In this document: positions 18,195-27,494 of the stretch, piece by piece
How the letters are laid out: every line of letters starts with the position of its first letter
Position numbering within the stretch: position 1 is the first letter of the stretch
Source of the DNA: Planctomycetota bacterium
GTDB lineage: Bacteria; Planctomycetota; B15-G4; JADJEK01
Assembly (NCBI GenBank): GCA_044225365.1
Contig: JBGAIQ010000013.1
Span: forward strand, 80,261-144,260
Reading direction: 5' to 3'
DNA length: 64,000 bases
The notes under the pieces: model-generated
The model's input: only the letters and a program-made list of their open reading frames with translations
Database searches by the model: none
What the model was told of the DNA's origin: nothing
Position numbers and translations under genes: made by a program

Positions 18195-20819
18195 ATGTCG
18201 ATGTTCCTCTGCTCGAGGCAGGGTCTGGTCCTTCTTCTGCTCGCAGTGGCCATGTCCGCTTGCGGCAAACGCGAGGACGCGAACGTGCCGGCCGCCGGTT
18301 CGCGAACGGCGGCGTCCGATCCGAAGGGCGGCGGCGACCGCGGTGCGGGGCAGGCCAAGTCGAACGAGTCCGGCAAGAACGTGGCGCTCGCCTCGCTCGC
18401 GCCCGATCATCGATCGACGGCCGAGAAGGCCACGCGGACCGCTCTGAAGCGCAATCGACGGCCGGCGACGGCGAGCGATCCGCAGGGCGTCTCCGATTTC
18501 CACGGTCGCGGGCTCTCGTTCATCACGAAAGACGCATGGTTCGCGATCGACGTACCTTCGGTACCGCACCTCGTCGAGTCGTTCGCGACGAGCGAGCTGC
18601 ACTCGGCCCTCGAGCGATCCGGCCTGCTCGGGAACCTCGCAAGCCTCGATGCCGTGAAGGCGCTCGCGTACGACAAGTTCAACATCACCGTGCCGGAAGT
18701 GCGCCACATCGTCGACGAGATCGTGGGCGCCAAGGGTGAGATGGTTCTCTCGCTGCTCGATCTCGATCCGTCGCGTCTCGAGCGCGGGGATGAAATGCCG
18801 TTCACCGCCGCGTTGTTCGTGGAACTCGGCGACCGCGCGTCGAAGGTCGCTGAGGAGCTGTCGGCGCTCCAAGACGACCCGACTCTGAGATCGGAGAGAT
18901 CGGGGTTCTTCCAGAGCATGGCGCGGGTGTCCGACGACCTCTACCTGATCTCCGACGCCACTCTGCGGGTCGAGCTCATGGTGAAGGACAGTTGGGTCGC
19001 GATGTTGATCGGTCCTCCCGCGAAGTATGCGCCCGTGCTCGACGATCTGGCGATCCTCCCGCGAAAGGACTCCTTCCTCGCGAGCGCACTCCTCACGCAT
19101 GCGCCACGGCCCATCGGCGAAGGAGCCTCCCCGAATCCGGTGCTCGAGTGTTATCTCAACTTCGCGAGCGTTCCTCAGATCCTCGACGCCTATGCCGGCC
19201 GGCAGGCGCGTGACGTTGCGATGATGCTCGGCGTCGACCAGATCGCGGGCCTGTCGATGATGACGGCATTCGATCACGGCCGCTTCAGCGAAGCGTTCGG
19301 ACTGGTCTCTCCCGACCGCAAGGACGTCTTCACGAGCTTGTTCGACTCGAAGGCGCTCGACCCGACCTTTGCGCGCTACGCACTCCCCGGCGCCGAAGAG
19401 TCCTCGGTGCTCAGCTTCGATTTCTCCCGCGCGCTCACGAGCGTGCGAGAGCGGCTGCCCGATGCAGGCCGAGCCGCATTCGATTCCGGGATCGACGAAC
19501 TGAACCGAACGATCGGGATGGACGTGCGACGTGAGCTGCTCGCGATGCTCGGCGCGAACTTCACGTGGTCGTCGAAGGGCGATCTCGCGAGCGCGTTCCA
19601 TGTCACCGGCGGTGACGGCGGTGATGGCGCGAAGCCCTTCGAGCTCGCGCTTGCGGTGGAGCTGTCGAAGGCGGATCTCGCGAAGCGATTCGTCGCGAAA
19701 CTGGTCGCCCAGAAGGCGCTGCCCGCGAAGGCGCGCAAGGCCGGAGATCACGAAGCATTCGTCGTCGAGTCGTCCCAACTCGGCGTCCCGGCGTCGGTCG
19801 AGGTCTCGTTCGCGATCACCGACGATGCTCTCGTGATCGCGTCCTCGTTCGAGGCCCTCACGCGGATCCTCGAGGCCGCTGATTCGTTCGACGATTCGAC
19901 GCACACGTCCTTGATGAGTGCGATCGCGGCATCGCCGTCGGAGGCCTTCGCGATCTCGACGGCGTCGACGGCGGCCGAAGTTCGCGCGTTCGCGGGCTCG
20001 CTCCGCGCGGGCCTCGGCGAGATCTTCGCGAGCGACCCGTCGATCCTCTCGATGCTGCCGACGAGCGACGCGATCTCGAAGTTCGCGGACGGACTCGCCG
20101 ACTCGCGTCGATTCTGCTCCGCCACGAAGGATGGAATCGTCGTCGACACCGAGTCGCCGATCGGCAATCCTTCGCTGCTCGCGCTGCCGATCGGCATCGC
20201 GGCTTCGGTCGCGCTGCCGAAGCTCATGGACACGCGGATCCAGGATCGACAATCCGCCGTCATGGCGCAGATGAGGATGCTCGCCGCCGCCGAAATGGAG
20301 TTCCGTGGGTCTGCCCACATCGACTCGGATCACGATGGCATCGGCGAATTCGCAACGCTCGCCGAACTGTGTGGGCGGGTCGCGTTGCCCGGCGGTTCCA
20401 AGCTGGATCCGCCGCTGATCGAGCCGCCCTTCGGCGAGGTGGTGGACGGCCATGCCGACGTCCTCGGCTATCGCTTCGCCGTCTTCCTGCCCGGCGCGAA
20501 CGGCAAGCCCGTCGCAGAGGTCCCGACGGGCGGTCGCGCGAAAGGCGTCGACGGCGATCTCTCCGAGCGGCAATTCGCGATCTACGCCTGGCCGATCGCT
20601 CCCGAAACGAGCGGTTCCGAAGCGTACTTCGTCGATTCGACCGGCGTTCTCCATCGCGCCGCGCCGAACTCGGGCAAGAACTCGTACGCGAACGATCTCG
20701 CGCCGGAAGGCGACGCCGCCTTCGGTCTGCGCGGCAGCATGATGAAGGCCGCTTCGATCGACAAGGGCACCGGATTCAAGAAGGGCGCTTCGGGAATGCT
20801 GTGGGCCGAAGTGCGGTGA
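18195..20819 (+). CDS. Large lipoprotein, DUF3352-like body with C-terminal pilin-like domain
   Basis: Lipobox MSAC; SFAITDDALVIASS; C-terminal ASVALPKL...MAQMRMLAAAEMEFR...DGIGEFATLAEL...GYRF...FAIYAWP...YFVDSTG. Confidence 0.7.
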   Translation: MSMFLCSRQGLVLLLLAVAMSACGKREDANVPAAGSRTAASDPKGGGDRGAGQAKSNESGKNVALASLAPDHRSTAEKATRTALKRNRRPATASDPQGVSDFHGRGLSFITKDAWFAIDVPSVPHLVESFATSELHSALERSGLLGNLASLDAVKALAYDKFNITVPEVRHIVDEIVGAKGEMVLSLLDLDPSRLERGDEMPFTAALFVELGDRASKVAEELSALQDDPTLRSERSGFFQSMARVSDDLYLISDATLRVELMVKDSWVAMLIGPPAKYAPVLDDLAILPRKDSFLASALLTHAPRPIGEGASPNPVLECYLNFASVPQILDAYAGRQARDVAMMLGVDQIAGLSMMTAFDHGRFSEAFGLVSPDRKDVFTSLFDSKALDPTFARYALPGAEESSVLSFDFSRALTSVRERLPDAGRAAFDSGIDELNRTIGMDVRRELLAMLGANFTWSSKGDLASAFHVTGGDGGDGAKPFELALAVELSKADLAKRFVAKLVAQKALPAKARKAGDHEAFVVESSQLGVPASVEVSFAITDDALVIASSFEALTRILEAADSFDDSTHTSLMSAIAASPSEAFAISTASTAAEVRAFAGSLRAGLGEIFASDPSILSMLPTSDAISKFADGLADSRRFCSATKDGIVVDTESPIGNPSLLALPIGIAASVALPKLMDTRIQDRQSAVMAQMRMLAAAEMEFRGSAHIDSDHDGIGEFATLAELCGRVALPGGSKLDPPLIEPPFGEVVDGHADVLGYRFAVFLPGANGKPVAEVPTGGRAKGVDGDLSERQFAIYAWPIAPETSGSEAYFVDSTGVLHRAAPNSGKNSYANDLAPEGDAAFGLRGSMMKAASIDKGTGFKKGASGMLWAEVR

Positions 20820-20877
20820 CGTCTCGCCGGTCGCGCGACGAGTTTGCAAGCTCACTCGACTCGGCGGCCCCCTGCGT

Positions 20878-21183
20878 GAAACGATCGACTTCATCCGCAC
20901 GGACAGCCGCGCGGCATGCTTCGGCATTCACGCGTGTACTTGCCGGGCTCGATCCGGAGTGTTCCCCGGAGGTTCACGGAGGTCAGAGGAGGCCCACAGA
21001 GGGCAGGAAGTATGAAAGGGGGCAGGGCTGGGCGGTCCTGACGAATGCGGGCGCCAAGGAGATCGCGTCGCGTGCGGCGGACGGTCCCTTTTGAACTTCT
21101 GCTCTTCTCTGACCTCCGTGGTCCTCCGTGCGAAACGATCGACTTCGTCCTCGCGGACGGCCGCGCCGCGTGATTCGGCATTC
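20878..21183. repeat. Composite intergenic element: 52-bp direct repeats enclosing 22-bp inverted repeats
   Basis: DR 20878-20929 and 21132-21183 (45/52 identical); IR 20967-20988 and 21107-21128 (20/22). Confidence 0.8.
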
Positions 21184-21208
21184 CCTCGAGGGCGCTGCCC
21201 CGAGCGCC

Positions 21209-21251
21209 AAAAAACAACGCAGCCCGGCGATTTCATCGCGGGGCTGCGTTG
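21209..21251 (-). terminator. Intrinsic terminator of the upstream minus-strand gene
   Basis: CAACGCAGCCC / GGGCTGCGTTG stem with an A6 run on the plus strand (U6 in the minus transcript), 17 nt past stop 21269. Confidence 0.7.
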
Positions 21252-21268
21252 CGGATCGCGACGAACGG

Positions 21269-22567
21269 TCAGGGAATCGTGACTTGGACGCCGTTGCTCG
21301 CCGACGCTCCGATGAAGAGCGCGCCGGGATCGATCACGAACGCTTGCATCGTGAAGGACACGTTCGAGAGCGTGCCCGGAATGAAGGCGGGAATGGTGAT
21401 CTGGCCGCCACCCGGTCCGCCGGCCGAGAGCGGAAGCGCGACCGGTGAGCCGAGGATCGGGAAGATGCGCAGCAGGCAGCCGCCGCCGAGCGGGATCGCC
21501 GCCTGATTCAGGCCGAAGAAGAGCAGCGCGGTCGATCCGCCCAGACCCTTCGTGATCTCGAGCGTCACCGTGCCGTTCGGCTCGGGACAACCGTCGAGCG
21601 TGAGGTGCGGGATGAACAGCGCCGTGCCCTTGCAGCCCGTCCCGTACTCGACCGCCGAGCCGTTGCAGAACGGCCGCACGACATCGACGCTCGTCGCGAG
21701 GATGCCCTGGCCCGTCGCCTGACCGAAGAGAGTGGGGACGCCGCCGGCATTCGCGAGCCGGTACAACTTGTTCTGCCAGCCTCCGACGACGATGTCGCCG
21801 TTCTCGTCGACCGCGATCGAATTGCACGACTGGATCGAGTGTGCGACGCAGAGATCCGTGATCGCGCCGGTGGTGCGGTTCATCCGCACGATGCGGTCCG
21901 CCGTCAGGATGCTGACGAAGAGGTCGGTGGTGAACGGATCGAAGGTGATCCCCGTGCAGAACGCCGAGCCGCCCGACCAACCCGACGACAGCAGGGTGCC
22001 CACCGATTGGCCGTTCGGGATCCGATACAGCGAGTTGTTCGCGCCGACGAAAATGTCGCCCGTGTTGGGGTCGACCGCGCCGGCGTTGAGATCGGCGCCC
22101 CAGGGTTGCGCTCCGAGCGTCACCGCCGACTGCGCACCATTCAGCGGGTTCACGCGCACGACCTGATCGCTCGTCGAGTCGATCACGACCAACAGGTGAT
22201 TCGCGTCGAAGGAGAGCTGCGACACGATGCCGATCGAATTCGTGATGAGCGAATAGGTCGACGTGAACGGTCCCGTGATCGTGAGCCGCCCGATGAAGCC
22301 CTCACCGCCCAGGATGAACGTCGTGGGCTGCGTCGAGTCCCACAGGATCGAATTGACGTTCGTCGTCGACCCGAGGCCCGTGGTATTGACGAGCCCGTAG
22401 GGCGTCGTGTTGCCGGTGAGCGGATCGAACAATGTGATCTGATTCGGGTCGAGACTCGCCATGGCGATCGTGCCCGTCGCGAGCTGCGCCTGCGCGCTCT
22501 CGAGAGGCGCTACCGCGAGCGCAGCCAGGGTGGATACGGAAAGGGCGAGGACTCGGCGTGGACTCAT
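21269..22567 (-). CDS. Secreted beta-propeller protein (NHL/SMP-30-like) with C-terminal extra domain
   Basis: Signal peptide MSPRRVLALS...AQA; blades GAVDPNTGDIFV, GITFDPFTTDLFV, SIAVDENGDIVV. Confidence 0.75.
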   Translation of the reverse strand: MSPRRVLALSVSTLAALAVAPLESAQAQLATGTIAMASLDPNQITLFDPLTGNTTPYGLVNTTGLGSTTNVNSILWDSTQPTTFILGGEGFIGRLTITGPFTSTYSLITNSIGIVSQLSFDANHLLVVIDSTSDQVVRVNPLNGAQSAVTLGAQPWGADLNAGAVDPNTGDIFVGANNSLYRIPNGQSVGTLLSSGWSGGSAFCTGITFDPFTTDLFVSILTADRIVRMNRTTGAITDLCVAHSIQSCNSIAVDENGDIVVGGWQNKLYRLANAGGVPTLFGQATGQGILATSVDVVRPFCNGSAVEYGTGCKGTALFIPHLTLDGCPEPNGTVTLEITKGLGGSTALLFFGLNQAAIPLGGGCLLRIFPILGSPVALPLSAGGPGGGQITIPAFIPGTLSNVSFTMQAFVIDPGALFIGASASNGVQVTIP

Positions 22568-22793
22568 GGGTGATTCCCGTTCGGCAGTGGGAGGCAGAGG
22601 CCAAGGATCGTAACCGAAGAGGAGGGGTTTGGCGAATGCAGCGATGAGCTCCTTCGAAAACGGGTCGCCGAGCACCTCGGACCACGAAACGAGCGACTTC
22701 GACCCCCGGCATTTCGTTCGTTATTAGGCCGCGAAAGACTCGACCCGGGCTTCGTTCCGACTTGGGCGTGTTCCTGGACTCGAGACGCCGGTC

Positions 22794-22820
22794 CTTGACA
22801 CGACCAAGCTGCGTGTCAAG
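22794..22820. promoter_or_regulatory. 9-9-9 inverted repeat containing TTGACA on both strands, between divergent genes
   Basis: CTTGACACG-N9-CGTGTCAAG perfect palindrome. Confidence 0.45.
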
Positions 22821-22990
22821 ATCCGGGTCGGCCTCGGGAAACTCCGGTGCGCGAGATCATCGGAAACAACCGGCCGACCGGGTCTTCCTCGACCGAGACG
22901 ACCTGCGCGACCGGAGGAAACCACCCCTACAACTTTGCGATCTCTGACCACGGCAAGAAGATCATCGTCAAGTAGGTACGGAGCCGCGAG

Positions 22991-24682
22991 ATGCTTTGCC
23001 CTTCGATCATAATGAGCCTGGTCTTGTCGAATCCTGTGGGTGATACGAGCTTCGAACAAATCGTCCTGCCGGAGCCGATGAGCGTCGATTGGGCGGGATT
23101 TGGCGCGCGAGTTGCCCTTGGAGATACCGAAGGCGACGGTGACGTGGATCTTGCGGTTTCAATGCCCAACACTCTGGGTGTCGGCGGCGTGTGGATTCTC
23201 CACGGTCCTGACTACGCGGGTGCGACAAAGGTCGTCGTGCCCCCGGAGGTCGGTTATGGGGCTGGGTTCGGAATCTACTCCTTGCTGCTCGCCGACCTGA
23301 ACCATGACGGCAAGTCAGATCTGATCACACACGATCTGGACATTCTCGCCACCAAAGGCCGGAACTGGGTTCACTGGGCTCCAGCGTTCGCGACGTACGT
23401 GAAAGTGATGCCGCCGCACCAGTACGCGGGGATCGGCTTCGGCGAATTGGCGGCGGTTGGGGACGTCGACAACGACGGACTAACGGATCTCGTGATGGGC
23501 GCGAGCAACATTCCCCCGAACGGTGCATTGTACGTTTATCGGGCAACCACGGGATTCGACGCGCCTGCCAAGGTGCTCAAACCCGCGACCTCAGCGGCCT
23601 TTCAGGTCGAATGGGGTGAAGGTGTTTGTATCGGCGATTCGGATGGTGACGGGCTAGCGGATATTCTAACGAATCAGGTCACCGCCGGCTCACTCGATGA
23701 GCAGATGGCATGGATTCCGTCGCTGACACCGTCCAATGCCACGATCCTTCACATTCCGGCAATGAATCCAGCGTGCCCGGTTTCGTATCACGCAAAGATG
23801 CTGTATCGCGACGTCAATAACGATGGCAAGAAGGACATCGTCGTGCGAGGCTTGTTCGCATACAATCCGGCGAACGGCCAGTTGATCAACGACGACGGCT
23901 CGATCCTCATCGACTACGGACCTAATTTCACGACGGGAAAGTGCATTCAGCAGGCGGTGCCCCAGAACGGTTCGGCGTTCGGAGTGAGCTTCGATCTCGG
24001 CGATGTCAACCGCGACGGATTCGTCGACATCGTCGGTGCCGCGCCTAGCTATCATTTGAGCGTTTTCGATCCTTACAGTACGACCTCGAAAGACGGCCGG
24101 GTGACGATCGTCTACGGCCCGGACTTCGTGACCAATCAATCCTTCGACGCCGAGGTGCCGGGGGTGTACTTCGGTAACGACGTCGCGGTCGGAGATGCGG
24201 ACAAAGATGGTTTCGACGACGTCTTCATCGGTGTGCCCGGCGCCGATGTCGTCGTTCTACTGCAGCACCGTTCGCTGCGAGCGCTGGGACCGTCGTCCGT
24301 CTCGGTCACGAGCGGGGGCAGCGTTTCGCTCAGCCTCGAGTGCGGGAAGCTCTCCGCGAACGAGAGCTACCTCGTGTTGTCGTCGTTCAGCGGATCGAGT
24401 CCCGGTCTCGACGTTCCCGCCGGCGGAAAGATGCTCCACGTTCCGCTCAACTTCGATGCGCTCACGCAGATCGGGCTGTCGTTCGCGAATACGCCCTACT
24501 TCGCGCAATTCCTCGGTCAGCTCGGCGTCGAGGGCAACGCCGTCTCCCAATTCACCATTCCGGCCGGCGCCCTCCCTCCGTCGCTGGTCGGTACGAAGTT
24601 CACCTTCGCAGGGCTCACCTTCGCCGGTGGCCAGCCGATCCGCTACGTCACGAACCCGGTCGACGTGGCCCTGACGCCCTGA
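22991..24682 (+). CDS. Secreted FG-GAP/VCBS repeat protein with C-terminal extra domain
   Basis: GDTEGDGDVDLAV, ADLNHDGKSDLI, GDVDNDGLTDLV, GDVNRDGFVDIV, GDADKDGFDDVFIG repeats. Confidence 0.85.
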   Translation: MLCPSIIMSLVLSNPVGDTSFEQIVLPEPMSVDWAGFGARVALGDTEGDGDVDLAVSMPNTLGVGGVWILHGPDYAGATKVVVPPEVGYGAGFGIYSLLLADLNHDGKSDLITHDLDILATKGRNWVHWAPAFATYVKVMPPHQYAGIGFGELAAVGDVDNDGLTDLVMGASNIPPNGALYVYRATTGFDAPAKVLKPATSAAFQVEWGEGVCIGDSDGDGLADILTNQVTAGSLDEQMAWIPSLTPSNATILHIPAMNPACPVSYHAKMLYRDVNNDGKKDIVVRGLFAYNPANGQLINDDGSILIDYGPNFTTGKCIQQAVPQNGSAFGVSFDLGDVNRDGFVDIVGAAPSYHLSVFDPYSTTSKDGRVTIVYGPDFVTNQSFDAEVPGVYFGNDVAVGDADKDGFDDVFIGVPGADVVVLLQHRSLRALGPSSVSVTSGGSVSLSLECGKLSANESYLVLSSFSGSSPGLDVPAGGKMLHVPLNFDALTQIGLSFANTPYFAQFLGQLGVEGNAVSQFTIPAGALPPSLVGTKFTFAGLTFAGGQPIRYVTNPVDVALTP

Positions 24683-24905
24683 CACAGCGTCGAGTCTTCG
24701 CCGGCAGCAGTGCGACCCGCCATCCCCTGCCCCCAGCCGGTCGCAGGCTGTGGAAACGGGCCGCAATCGGATCGTACTCTCCCTCCGTCGCGAACGGCCG
24801 TCGCCTGTCGGTCTCCTCGATCGCCCTGTGTCCGAGTCGACGCCGGTCCGCTACACTGGCCTGCCAAGGGCGCTCCGACCTGGAGGGCCGAAACCGCAGG
24901 ACCGC

Positions 24906-26348
24906 TTGACGACCGAAACACCGACCCGCGTCTGCCTCGTCTCCCTCGGCTGTGCGAAGAACCTCGTCGATTCCGAGGTGATCGTCGGCCGCATCGCGAA
25001 CGGTCCGTTCACGCTCCAGCGCGATCCGCTCGGCGCGGACGTCGTGATCGTGAACACGTGCGGGTTCATCGACTCCGCGAAGGAAGAGTCGATCGACACG
25101 ATCTGCGAGATGCTCGACATGAAGGCGCAGGGCGACGTGAAGGGCGTGGTCGTCGCGGGCTGCATGGTGCGTCGCTACGGCGGCGAGATGCAGCGCGAGC
25201 TGCCGGACGTGGACGCGTTCCTCGACATCTCCGACTACAGCGATGCGCCGCGGCTCCTGCGCGAGATTCGCGATCGCGCGTACGGCGACACCTCGCCCGC
25301 GCGGGCCGAAGCCGGATCCGAGTTGATTCGCCGCGACGAGACGGGCGCGCCCATCCTCGGCGGCGGCAAGAAGACGGCGACGGTCGACCTCGGCCGCACG
25401 TTGCTCACGGCGCCGCACACGGCCTACCTCCGCGTGTCCGAAGGCTGCGATCGCAAGTGCGCCTTCTGCGCGATCCCACTCATTCGCGGGACACAGAAGA
25501 GCAAGCCGATCGACGTCCTGGTGGCGGAGGCGCGCGAGCTCGCGCGGCGGGGCGTAAAGGAGCTATCGCTCATCGGCGAGGAGACGACCGCCTACGGTTC
25601 CGACCTCGGGATGAAGTACGGCCTCGGCATCGTCGAACTCCTGCGCGCGCTGTCGACCGTGAAGGGCATTGCCTGGATTCGTCTGCAGTACGCGCATCCG
25701 GGATCGTTCCGTCCCGAGCTGATCGCCGAGATCCGCGACAATCCCAAGGTCGCGAAGTACGTCGACATCCCGATCCAGCACGGCGACGAGGAGATCCTGA
25801 AGCGGATGAAGCGCGGAACGCCGCGCAAGAAGATCGAAGAGCTCTTCCTCGCTCTCCGCGAAGCGATGCCGGACATCGTGCTGCGGACGACGGTGCTCGT
25901 CGGCTTTCCCTACGAGACGGAGACTCGCTTCGAGAACCTGCTCGAGGTGCTACGCACGATTCGCTTCGATCGCCTCGGCTGCTTCACGTACTCGCGCGAG
26001 GAGGGCACGAGCAGTCATGAACTCGGATCGCGCGTTCCGTCGCGTGTCGCGGCCGAGCGGCGGCGCAAGGTGATGACGCTGCAGCGGAAGATCGCGCGCG
26101 AGCGCAATCAGCGGAAGGTCGGGCGCACCCTGCCCGTGCTCATCGATCTCGTCTCGGGCAAGGACGCCTACGGTCGCACCGAGGGCGACGCGCCGCAGGT
26201 CGACGGCGTGGTGCGCATTCGCGGCGCGGCCCACCTGAAGCCCGGTGAATTCGTCGACGTCACGATCGACAAGGTCGTCGGATACGACCTCGAGGGCGCG
26301 GTTGCGGAAGTGGCAGGAGCTTCCAAGATCCGAGGAGTCGGGCGTTGA
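24906..26348 (+). CDS. rimO: Ribosomal protein S12 methylthiotransferase
   Basis: SLGCAKNLVDSE, NTCGFIDSAKEES, radical SAM CDRKCAFC, C-terminal TRAM (DAPQVDG); TTG start after AGGA. Confidence 0.93.
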   Translation: MTTETPTRVCLVSLGCAKNLVDSEVIVGRIANGPFTLQRDPLGADVVIVNTCGFIDSAKEESIDTICEMLDMKAQGDVKGVVVAGCMVRRYGGEMQRELPDVDAFLDISDYSDAPRLLREIRDRAYGDTSPARAEAGSELIRRDETGAPILGGGKKTATVDLGRTLLTAPHTAYLRVSEGCDRKCAFCAIPLIRGTQKSKPIDVLVAEARELARRGVKELSLIGEETTAYGSDLGMKYGLGIVELLRALSTVKGIAWIRLQYAHPGSFRPELIAEIRDNPKVAKYVDIPIQHGDEEILKRMKRGTPRKKIEELFLALREAMPDIVLRTTVLVGFPYETETRFENLLEVLRTIRFDRLGCFTYSREEGTSSHELGSRVPSRVAAERRRKVMTLQRKIARERNQRKVGRTLPVLIDLVSGKDAYGRTEGDAPQVDGVVRIRGAAHLKPGEFVDVTIDKVVGYDLEGAVAEVAGASKIRGVGR

Positions 26349-26944
26349 GTCTCGCGAACCGAATCACCGTCGGTCGCCTCTTCCTGTCGATCGGGCTCTT
26401 CGTACTTCTCGCGTATCTCGAAGTACCGGGACAGAAGGCGCTCCTGTGGCTCTCGGTCGCGATGATCACGTTCATCACGATCTGCGTCACCGACGCCCTC
26501 GATGGCTACTACGCGAGGAAGTACAACGAGACGTCGGACTTCGGCCGCGTCGCCGATCCCGCCGTCGACAAGGTTACCGTCGCCGGCACGCTGATCTTCC
26601 TCGCGGCGTCGGAGTGGGCGAGGCCCGTGCTCGCGCCGTGGATGGTGGTCGTCATCGTCGCGCGGGAGCTCACGATCAACAGCTTGCGCAGCTACGTCGA
26701 ATCGCGCGGCATTCGCTTCGGCGCCGATTGGTCCGGGAAGTTCAAGATGATCCTGCAGAGCATCGCGATCCCTGCGGTGTTCTTCTTCAAGATCGTCGAG
26801 CTCGGATTGCCGAACCTCACGTGGGCGGTCGACGGCAGTCGGTGGTTCGGGATCGCGACGGTGTGGGCGGCGCTCCTGCTCACCGTGTATTCGGGCGCCG
26901 AATACATCCACAAGGCTTCGCGGCTGCTGAAGACGGTCGGATGA
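26345..26944 (+). CDS. pgsA: CDP-diacylglycerol--glycerol-3-phosphate 3-phosphatidyltransferase
   Basis: TDALDGYYARK...FGRVADPAVDK CDP-alcohol motif; overlaps rimO stop. Confidence 0.9.
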   Translation: MSLANRITVGRLFLSIGLFVLLAYLEVPGQKALLWLSVAMITFITICVTDALDGYYARKYNETSDFGRVADPAVDKVTVAGTLIFLAASEWARPVLAPWMVVVIVARELTINSLRSYVESRGIRFGADWSGKFKMILQSIAIPAVFFFKIVELGLPNLTWAVDGSRWFGIATVWAALLLTVYSGAEYIHKASRLLKTVG

Positions 26945-27453
26945 CGGGCGACAAGAAGCTCGAGATCCGATCGCGCCGCGACGGGATCGCGGTGTTCCTC
27001 GCATCGGGCTTCGGTTCGGGGCTCCTCCCATCGGCGCCGGGGACGTGGGGGACGGTCGTCGCGCTCGCCATCGTTCACCTGTTGAGCCGAACGGCGCTGC
27101 CCGCGTTGCCGACGATCGCCGGACTCGTCGTCGTCTCGACCGTCCTCTGCCTGCTGCTCGGGCGCACGATCGAGCGCGTGACGGGTGACAAGGACCCGCA
27201 GATCTTCGTCATGGACGAGTTCGCGGGCTTCTTCGTGGCCGTGCTCCTGCCGGGCAACGTGTGGCCCACCCCCCGAGAATTGCTTGTGGCGTTCCTGCTG
27301 TTCCGACTCTTCGATATCATCAAGCCACCTCCGGCTCGCCGATTGCAAGCGTTGCCGAGCGGGCTCGGAATCGTGATCGATGATCTGATCGCCGGATTCT
27401 ATGCCTGGGTCGGGGTTGCCGTGGTTCACGACCTGCACCTGCATCCACTCTGA
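26941..27453 (+). CDS. pgpA: Phosphatidylglycerophosphatase A
   Basis: GFGSGLLPSAPGTWGT, DPQIFVMDE, FRLFDIIKP, GIVIDDLIAG; ATGA overlap with pgsA. Confidence 0.92.
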   Translation: MTGDKKLEIRSRRDGIAVFLASGFGSGLLPSAPGTWGTVVALAIVHLLSRTALPALPTIAGLVVVSTVLCLLLGRTIERVTGDKDPQIFVMDEFAGFFVAVLLPGNVWPTPRELLVAFLLFRLFDIIKPPPARRLQALPSGLGIVIDDLIAGFYAWVGVAVVHDLHLHPL

Positions 27454-27494
27454 TCGCGTCCGTAGTTCGAAACGCAAGTGAACGGACAGGAACG

